64,000 bases of DNA. Origin: Octopus sinensis. Taxonomy: Eukaryota. Below, piece after piece: positions 54,470 to 64,000 of the stretch. The notes under the pieces were generated by a model. It was not told where the DNA came from. It saw only the letters and a program-made list of their open reading frames with translations, and did not search any database. Every line of letters begins with the position of its first letter. Position 1 is the stretch's first letter. The translations under genes and the position numbers were made by a program. The stretch spans positions 83,700,001 through 83,764,000 of the forward strand of contig NC_042998.1 in the NCBI RefSeq assembly GCF_006345805.1, written 5' to 3'.

Positions 54470-55726
54470 TTGTGTCGCTTTTCTTTTGTTCCAGTGCCTA
54501 AAGCTCAAAGTGTGGTTATTGAACCTGGCCTTGAAATTACCCTCTGTCAGGCCCACGTATTTCTTCGTCGAGACGGTGTCTTTAGTGGTTATAGAGTTTA
54601 CGGTAAGACATTCCCTAACGTACATTTCGCCATCTACAAAGATGATGCCCTCGCCTTAACAGCTAATACAAATGGACCAGCACAAGATCGTTTTAGGAAG
54701 GATATTATCCAGTTAATGAAACACTTCGGACTTAGTATAACTATAGACACTAACCTGACGGTTGTCAATTTCTTAGACGTTTCCTTAGATCTTAATAATA
54801 ATATTTATAAGCCTTATAGGAAGCCCAATGATAGACTAAGTTATATTAATGTAGGTTCATGCCATCCCCCTATAGTATTCAAAAATTTAGTTAAAAATAT
54901 TAGTAAGAGGATTTCTAGCCTCTCATCTAATGAGGACATCTTCAATAGCGTTGCCCCAGTTTATAATAAAGCTTTAAAAGATAGTGGTTTTAGCGAAAAA
55001 ATAAAATATACACCTATCACCAGCCCAACAGTAAGGAAAAGGAATAATAGAAATAGGAAGGTCATCTGGTTTACGCCCCCTTACTCACCCGAGGTGGCCT
55101 TCAATATAGGTAAATATTTCCTAGCACTGATAGATAGACATTTTCCAGTTAACCATGCTTATAGGAAACTCTTCAATAGACACAATTTAAAAATTAGTTT
55201 TAGTTCAACTACCAATTTTAAAAACATAATCAATCATAACATACAAAAAACACAAGAAGAAAACAGCTGTTCATGCAGGAATAAAGAATTGTGCCCGCTA
55301 AATGGAGCTTGCATGTCCAAGACCATCATATATGAAGCTACCGTAAACTCTATAACCACTAAAGACACCGTTTCGACGAAGAAATACGTGGGCCTGACAG
55401 AGGGTAATTTCAAGGCCAGGTTCAATAACCACACTTTGAGCTTTAGGCACTGGAACAAAAGAAAAGCGACACAATTATCCAATCATATTTGGTCTTTAAG
55501 AGATAAAGGTGTCGATTATAACATACAATGGAAGATTTTGGCCAGATGTAAGCCCTACACTAACGGCAGCGGAAGGTGCGGTTTATGCGACATGGAGAGA
55601 TGGCTTATCTGGAAAAGCAGCTTAGACCCTACCACATGTCTAAATACAAGGACAGAGCTTTTCGGATCATGCCCACATGTGACTAAATTTCTGTTACGTT
55701 TTTGGTCCCCTAAAGAAAACGGATAG
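54470..55726 (+). CDS. Penelope/Naiad RT C-terminal half + thumb + CxCx5C knuckle + GIY-YIG endonuclease (genuine homology starts ~54605)
   Basis: IYKDDAL, VNFLDVSLDL, PYRKPN...YI...SCHPP, WFTPPYS, CSCRNKELCPLNGAC, IIYEATV...YVGLTEGNFKARFNNH, LSNHIW, CGLC..E, LNTRTE; first ~45 aa are read-through from the inverted arm. Confidence 0.92.
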   Translation: MCRFSFVPVPKAQSVVIEPGLEITLCQAHVFLRRDGVFSGYRVYGKTFPNVHFAIYKDDALALTANTNGPAQDRFRKDIIQLMKHFGLSITIDTNLTVVNFLDVSLDLNNNIYKPYRKPNDRLSYINVGSCHPPIVFKNLVKNISKRISSLSSNEDIFNSVAPVYNKALKDSGFSEKIKYTPITSPTVRKRNNRNRKVIWFTPPYSPEVAFNIGKYFLALIDRHFPVNHAYRKLFNRHNLKISFSSTTNFKNIINHNIQKTQEENSCSCRNKELCPLNGACMSKTIIYEATVNSITTKDTVSTKKYVGLTEGNFKARFNNHTLSFRHWNKRKATQLSNHIWSLRDKGVDYNIQWKILARCKPYTNGSGRCGLCDMERWLIWKSSLDPTTCLNTRTELFGSCPHVTKFLLRFWSPKENG

Positions 55727-55920
55727 AACATGCTTTCTGTGTTATGTCCCAAGAAGATTTTATATATTTTTAGATATTTTTATATATTTTTATGTATTTT
55801 TATATAATTTTTATGACGAAAAATGCGAGCGATGTATAAGTACGCAGGCAAAGCAGAGTTATAACAGAGTAATTTCCCTTCATTTTTAACGGTATTTTTT
55901 CATAACGTTTTCAAATAGCC

Positions 55921-55983
55921 AGATAACCGAAGAGATGGTGTTGTGGATTTCCACTTCGGCATCTGAAACTCAGAGTTTTATCT
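55921..55983 (+). ncRNA. Type I hammerhead ribozyme variant in the pLTR
   Basis: agauaa-CCGAAGA-gaug(...gugg auuu ccac...)cauc-u-GAAA-cuc-a-gagu-U-uuaucu; stems I, II and III all pair; predicted GUU cleavage after 55977. Confidence 0.7.
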
Positions 55984-56617
55984 TGACTACCGAGTAATGT
56001 AACATATTGTATAGATATATATATATAATATATATATACATATATTTTGTCTCTTTCCCCCAGCCCCACCAGCCCCATCCCCACATTTCATCCGTGGTGG
56101 TCAATGATAATTAGTGCTGTTTGTTTTTGTTGTTGTTTTTGAACACACCGAACAAAGTGCTTACCAGTATTTTGTGCGTCTTTAGGTCAAGAGTTAAAAT
56201 TCCGTCGAGTCGACTTTTGAGGTTGACAAAATAAATACCAGTCATATGTCAATATCGATATAATCGACTAACCCACTCCTCAAAATTTCAGGCCTTGTGC
56301 TTACGGTAGAAAGGATTGTTACTGTTGTAGTTGTCATTATTATTATTATTATTATTGATATTATTGTTGTTGTTGCTGTTTTTGTTGTTGTTATTATTGT
56401 TGTAGTAGTAGTTGTTGTTGTTGTTGTTATTATTATCATCATTATTATTATTATTATTTATTATTATTATTATTCAGTAGTTTTATTTTTATAGCGTGCT
56501 TTCACTTCACTACCGAGCGCAGCTCTGTGTGCCTTGGGTATGTGCTGTGATTTGCTGTGATGCTCTGATGGTTATTGTATGGAAAGTGTTTTATTATTAT
56601 TATTATTATTATTATTA

Positions 56618-56660
<43 letters not shown>

Positions 56661-56899
56661 TTCATTATCAACTTCTTTCAATTCGGCTTCCATTTCTTGC
56701 CGTGTGTCTTCCTGACACCTAGGGCAGAGAAACGCACTTGCATACATTTGCAGGCCATTAAAATAAACGCCCCAGATTATTGTTCATTTACAAAGTCATG
56801 TGACATGGGAAATTGGGGAGAAAGACAGAGAGAAAAAGGAAAGAATAACAAGTAAAAACAGTTGACAAAGAAGAAGAAAAAAGGAAACTTCACAGCGAC

Positions 56900-56955
56900 A
56901 ATCATCACCATCATCATCATCATCATCATCATCCTCCTCCTCATCATCATCATCA

Positions 56956-56996
<41 letters not shown>

Positions 56997-57029
56997 TTAT
57001 TATTATTATTAGTTGTAGTAGTAGTAGTT

Positions 57030-57073
<44 letters not shown>

Positions 57074-57150
57074 GGTGGTGGTGGTGGTGGTGGTGTGGTG
57101 GTAGTAGCAGTAGTAGTGGTAGCAGCAGCAGCAGCATCCTCATCATCATC
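56900..57150. repeat. Compound trinucleotide tract (CAT/ATT/AGT/GGT/AGC)
   Basis: Seen directly. Confidence 0.95.
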
Positions 57151-59094
57151 ATGATTTGTTCAGTTTTGTATATAGCGTAGGTCGGTGTTTGCAATTGATG
57201 TTTATTGGAATCAGTTCTCAAAACTCCACACAGAGTCCGAATATTTTAGGGCATTAACAGATGCAAGCGAAAGCAGATCTTTCGGGTGTAGCGATAACGA
57301 AATGTTTCTATTCGGTGGTGTTTTTCAAGTGCAAAAATGGAAGGGGTTGTAATTTTAGCGATGTTTCTCATTTTATTTTGGCTACAAATGATGTCACACT
57401 TGCCCTTCTGTAGTATCATGCTAAAGTTGCTGCCAAACTTTAAGGAATTTTTCTTGGAGAATAATGTGGTTTCCAAGTATAATGTATGACGATTATTAAA
57501 TATATCTTTGTCGTTCGGACTACAACCAAATTGTCGTCATTTTCGTCAACATCATTATCATCATCGTCATCGTCATTACTACCACCACCACTGTCACAGT
57601 CACGACTATAAACATCATTATCATCATCATCATCGTCATGTTCGCCGCTACCACCACTCTACCACCATCATCATCACCATTATTATTCAGCTTACCGTAG
57701 CACCACCACCACCACCACTGCCGCAACCACCACTATCACCAATAACACCTCTACCATTATCGCCATCATGATCACCATCATCATCATTCAACTACATCCG
57801 TACCATTATCTTCATCGTTTCGATACGCTTACACCATCATCAATACCAGCTCTTTTTCCACCTTGTCGTGATATTCTACATCACCTCCACTATCACCATC
57901 ACCATTACTATCAGCTTCTCTAATTCTAACACCTTAACTAGACATGTTCTTTTACTAAGAGAAACGATAAAACACAAATGTCACGAAATCCTACGGCAAA
58001 ACCAAATATGTATACCTTAAAAAAATAATAAATACCAGCAACACGACCACCACCCACGCCACCAACAAAACGACTGCCACCGTCACCACCACTACCACCA
58101 CCACCACCACTACCACCACTACCGCCACCACCGCCACCACCGCCACCACCGTCACCATCAACATTCCCATCATTGTCTGCTCCATCACTTCCACAGCCAC
58201 TTTTGATGACATTTAATTAGTTTTAACCTCCTAAAACGTCCAGGCATGACTGTGTAGCTAAGGAGATCACTTTGTAACCATGTTGTTTCGGGTTCAGTCC
58301 CACTACGCGACACTTTGGGTACGTGTCATTTGTTATAACTCTGGACAAACCATATGTGTCTGTGTGTGCGCGCGCGTGTGTATGTGTGTGTATGTGTATA
58401 CGTGTGTGTGTTAGCGGTTCGGCGGAAGATATCGATAGAGTAAGTACCAAACTTTAAATAAAATAAGTACTGGTCTCCTTTTGTTCGACTAAACCAGACA
58501 CGAGCACCCTTTTACGAAAAGTGGGCCCCATGAGGTATGCATTATCATCAGTCGAGCCGCACTACTAAAAAAAAAAATTCAAGGTAACTTTTTGTCAGGT
58601 GTGCCCTTCAGAAAATCCCGTGGGCCACAGTTTCCTCATGACTGAACTAAACGCTTTAAAGCGATGTTTCAGCATGGCTGCGATCCAATGACTGAAACAA
58701 GTAGAAATAGAAAAACGGAAAACGCTGCCATTCTAGTGTTACTATTATTGCCACCGAGTCCATTACTTGTTCATCTTTAAGCAACACATGACATTTTATT
58801 TGTTTCGGTTTAGAAACAGGAAGACAATAACGCTTGTTAGTAATGGCATTCGCGTTTATATCTCTGGTGAAGAATCACTCGGTAAATGAACTGTCTTCCC
58901 CTCCTTCCCTCTCTTTCTCTGTCTGTCTGTCTGTCTATCCGTCTGTATGTATCTATGTATGGCTATCTGTTTGTCTGTCTGTCTGTCTATCTAATTTTCT
59001 ATCATTTTGTGCCTCTGTCTATCTGTCTGCCTACCTCTAACTATAAACGTGGGTTTGTGTATAGATGGATGGAGAGATAGGCTGATAAAAACTG

Positions 59095-59615
<521 letters not shown>

Positions 59616-59760
59616 GATTTGAATTCATGAAAGCATATGCATACATGCATGTGTGTGCATGCTTATGTGAATGATGTGTCTGCGTATGTGCCTGTGTATA
59701 TATGTGTGTGTACATTTGTCTATATAGTTACTGCGTTGCGATAGTGATCGTTGATAGTCA

Positions 59761-59791
<31 letters not shown>

Positions 59792-60199
59792 CTATTTACT
59801 AAAAAGTGCACTGTCAGACGGTCATCGCACTCAAGTAATTAGTTTTTCATTTTATGCTTCTATCAAGCATTTTTTAACGTTTCTATTGGAGGATGGTGAA
59901 GGGACGGGTGCGGTGGATGGGTGGGGGGTTTAATCTTTTTTGTGCTTTTGTTTTTGCTATTTCGATATAGTATTCTCTTCGCTTTATTCCGTCATGTTTT
60001 CTCATCCGGGTTCTCAACTGATAACAGGAAATTATCATCATACCCCTTACTTAGTTATTAACCAATAGCCTTTCACAAAGACATTGTGTCGTTGCTAAGC
60101 CCTTATATTCTGTTTTTCTGTCTTCTCTCATATTTATATACGTATAAATGATTGTCATATTTATTGTTTTAATTCATGTGTAAAAAAAAACTTGGACAT

Positions 60200-60558
60200 A
60201 GGCACAGGAGTGGCTGTGTGGTAAGTAGCTTGCTTACCAATCACATGGTTCCAGGTTCAGTCCCACTGCGAGGCATCTTGGACAAGTGTCTTCTACTATA
60301 GCCTCGGGCTGACCAAAGCTTTGTGAATGGATTTGGTAAACGGAAACTGAAAGTTGTCCGAGGTATATATATGTGTGTGTGTATGTGTGTTTGCGTGTCT
60401 GTCCCTCCAACATCGCTTGACACACGATGCTGATGTGTTTACGTCCCCGTAACTTAGCAGTTCGACAAAATAAACCGATAGAATAAGTACTAGGCTTACA
60501 AGGAATAAGTCCGGGGTCGATTTCTTCGACTAAAAGGAAGGCGGTGCTCCATCATGGA
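60200..60558 (+). mobile_element. Family-B SINE
   Basis: Full copy with short internal (TG)n. Confidence 0.9.
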
Positions 60559-61351
60559 TATGTCGCAATGGAAAACATTAGAAAACTATGAAGGGTCGGT
60601 TACCAATAACAGAATAAAAACCTCGTTTGCTCACCCACGGCATCTGACACTATAACAAGTTACCGACTCCGTATGTATACGTCATCTCAGTGATAATGAA
60701 ATGAAACCAGGTGTGTGTGTGGGGGGGTTGTTTGTATGTATGTGTGTGTGTGTTCAATTCCCCAAATACACAAAACATAATAATATCTAGCATTTAAATT
60801 GGCACGTGGAGAGATTGACAACAGCAACCTGGAAAAGCTACTGAGTTCAGTTGAGTGATCAATGAAAGTGAAATTAAAAATAATAAAATCGTGCGCATGA
60901 GCAGGCGCGGATGCACGCTTACCAATTAAAAAAAAACCGTGACTGCCAAATAAGTGCACCAATAATGAACACGGCAACAAACATATGCTCACTCACATAG
61001 ACATATAGATAAACATACACAGTTTTTCTAGTAATATATGAAGATCAAGCACCGGTCTCTCATTGAAATGGTTTACAGAAGTCTATTGAAAGACTTGGAT
61101 AATGAATTAAAGAACTGAAGTACAGTCAGAGTGTATGGATATTTTGGCAGCATGCCTCTCCCAAACTATACCAATGTTTACACACACACGCACACACGTA
61201 AACACGCACACGCTTACATACACACACAATCATATTATATCAATATATCATATATATAGGTATGTGTGTGTACATATATATTATATTATATTATAATATA
61301 TATATATATATATACATACATATATATATATATGTATACATATATATATAT

Positions 61352-61454
<103 letters not shown>

Positions 61455-61647
61455 AAAATATTCAGCCTCTTTTATCCTAAAACTACGTATCCTTAAATCC
61501 TTAGAAATGTTTTAGCCCGAAGGCCGCGGCCATGCTGGGGCACCACCGCTGTTTTAAATAACGTATGTAAATGTTTCTGTCTGTGCAAGTGTGTGCTTCT
61601 TTTCTCCATCTTCATCTGTGCGGGGAAATGAAGAAAAAAGGTTAATC

Positions 61648-61699
<52 letters not shown>

Positions 61700-61949
61700 G
61701 TATCGTCATCATCATCATCCGCATCGACCTTATTGATGCCTTTATTGTTTTATTGTTGTTTTTGTTATATTTTCTGACAGTTCTATGGATGAATCGAAGA
61801 TACCTTTGGGTACTCATTGAAGAAATCTGCATGAATGATTTGCCTCAGAAGATTTTGAAATACTCAACTACCGACCCAGTTTAGCCTCAGGGGAAAAGAT
61901 AAGAAATTTCTTTGGACATATTAATATTTCACATGTTCGTATACCTTCA

Positions 61950-62830
61950 TTTAGTTGTAATTTAACAGGTTGTTTTTCTTTTCCAGTAGGGGTAAGAAAT
62001 GCCAATCACAAATAGGTAGCGCCTATTATGCCTCCAAGGAACAGTTTGAGAAAGGAACAATACTGACTTCAAATTGAACAAGGTAAATTAGAAAGAAATG
62101 ACATTTAGACAGACATATCTACGATTTAAAAACACATAGAAATACATGGCAATACCAAAACATGTTAAGAACACAGATCTTACACTATAACATCTACAAG
62201 GAAGACAATAGCGCCAGATCTGTTAGCGTTACGAAACAAAAAGAAAGAGTTGCTGGACATAAGTCAGCTCCAGCAAACAAAATCACGTAGCAAAAGTATT
62301 TGTAAGGAGACTGTCACCTCAGTCGAGGAGTTCATGGAAGAGAGAGTAAGGAAGCCTGTAACATAGATCTGTATCTTGAAAAACAGAGTGAGCCTTAGTG
62401 TAACCCATAGGAGCTGTCAGAAGAAGGTGGCATATGAAACGATTTGGCTTTTATCAATCCGTACACAGTAAAGCACATGGTAACGTGTACTCGACTTTTT
62501 ACACGACAGTGATACAAGAAGACAGGCGGAGTTGACATATAACAGAATACTACTGCAATATATAGAGCGACGGAATACAAATAGCTAGGAACATTAGTTG
62601 TGACGTTGACTCTTGGCATGACAATCCATTATATGTCACGGTATGAGTAGATGTTGAAAGTAGAGGTAACTTGAAATATTATGCGGTTAAGTGGTGTCTA
62701 TATGGATATGCAACTCCTGATAATGCCGCGAAGACCACATAGCGATCGAGTTGTATTACACCATCGCAGATACAAAAAAGAATAATATCAGACTGATGGT
62801 ACAGAGCTGAAAGTCTAGTTGTTATACATG
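61950..62830 (+). pseudogene. Very old RLE-type (Dong/R4-like) LINE remnant
   Basis: Ordered traces KYMAI, RLFTR...GGVDI, WHDNPLY, HSDRVVLH and WYRAESLV match the R4 order YKYLGI, RLYLPRxxGGRG, WxxKxLHG, RHDxVxxxIH, WYxHxPE. Confidence 0.4.
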
Positions 62831-63684
62831 TTACAGCAAGAGTCACTTGCAGTTTTCTGCCCAGGAAAGATGAAAAAGCAGACGAGAAGGAGAGAGCAGC
62901 GGAGATAAGCAGAAATAGAAAAAAACTACCAACAGTTCCCAGAAACTTCTGTTTCTAAAGCACCATTTAATCTCATGCCTAAAGATAGTCGGGAAAATCA
63001 TCTCGATCTCGGTGCGCAGGGCTAACCATCAGGAAGCCAACTAACCTCATCCCTATATGACTACATGATCTTGTAACGATGGCGACTGGATACTGGGAAT
63101 GTATAGCAGGCCATCGGAGATAACGGAGAAATTCATAAAACACAGGTGGCGGGGACCATATTTCCACCTCGAATTACATGATATTCGTAGTCCTTCAAAT
63201 AGCCAACGAGGAATTGATGAAACTATAAAACAAATTGAAGGATGAAAACGGAAGGAACAATGATCTGACAAGACGAGCTTGGTTATCATTTTAAAGAACA
63301 TCGATAAGAGAGAGAGAGAGAGAGAGAAGGTGAAAATCGCACCGGTAATCTATAAACAGCTAAAAAGAGCACTACTTTGAGGATATAATCCTTGCTCAGT
63401 CTCACACCAAAAGTGCTTACGGGCACTTTCAAAATTACCAGATGCCAGGAGTAAAAGGTGCTCGGAGCCGTAAGATGCTTTGATCTAATCAAGCTGGCGC
63501 CTTCTCACCCGTATGTGAATATACGGCCCATGTTTGCTTTTATTTCTATTCATTTAGGTATGTATATGCATTTTAATTTTTCTTGCACTCTAGGGTTCAT
63601 AAGGCCGGCTACACGGTTTTCATGGCGTATAAGTGTCCGAGATCACAGCATCTCACTGAACGAGATACCGGTCAGTTGCAGAGT

Positions 63685-63830
63685 TCAAGGCCAGCAATTT
63701 TGAGGGGAAGGGGAAAGTCGATTATATCGACTCCTGTACTTGACTGGTACTTTGTTTTATCAACTTCGAAAGGATTAAAGGCAAAATTGACATCGACGAG
63801 ATTTGAACTCAGAATGTAGAGAGCCGGAAA
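63685..63830 (-). mobile_element. Family-A SINE fragment
   Basis: aaggccagcaattttg...ggattaaaggcaaaattgac...atttgaactcagaatg. Confidence 0.75.
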
Positions 63831-64000
63831 AAAAGTATTAATTTTAATATGTGATCGTTATTGCTAATTTGTAAGAAATTATAATTATTGATGTTGTTAG
63901 TGTTATTATTTCACGACTGCTTTATATGAATGAGTACCATTAATTTACTTGTGTCTATTGTGTGTCCCTTCTGAATAAATCAATGCTTTGGTGCCAAACT

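Larger units (their letters stand above)
53861..56017 (+). mobile_element. Young Naiad-like Penelope retroelement, 5'-truncated, with inverted ~680 bp arm, inserted in (TA)n
   Basis: Arms 53925-54605 and 55339-56017 differ, by eye, by one substitution and a 2 bp indel; RT-GIY-YIG ORF uninterrupted; (TA)n on both flanks. Confidence 0.92.

Noticed and set aside
54470-54604. Genuine N-terminus of a 418 aa protein
   Set aside because: It is the antisense of the GIY-YIG region in the inverted arm; the RT is truncated just before the YxDD motif, so this copy is not autonomous.
54605-55726. Selenocysteine-coding Naiad
   Set aside because: No in-frame TGA in the visible part; the Cys positions use normal codons and the ORF ends at TAG.

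Overview
AT-rich, microsatellite-saturated animal DNA, most likely an octopus or other coleoid cephalopod (inferred from the SINE families and repeat density, not verified). I cannot support any host protein-coding gene; nearly all listed ORFs are translations of (TA)n, (TATG)n, (TAGA)n or (AAT)n tracts. The window is a nested set of mobile elements: three tRNA-headed SINE families, decayed Dong/R4, I/Jockey-like, Tx1/L1, RTE and CR1-like LINEs, internally deleted mariners, Helitron-type and MITE-type elements, a ~1.58 kb tandem duplication and a 100-N gap. The most notable signal is a recurring Penelope-type architecture of asymmetric fold-back insertions. It includes a very young Naiad-like element with ~680 bp inverted arms and a variant hammerhead ribozyme (53.9-56.0 kb), a ~120 bp miniature with the same termini (47.3 kb), and a non-coding tRNA-head + microsatellite + hammerhead element in head-to-head form with a 14 bp TSD (18.9-19.3 kb). 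All alignments and translations were done by eye, and boundaries of decayed elements are approximate.
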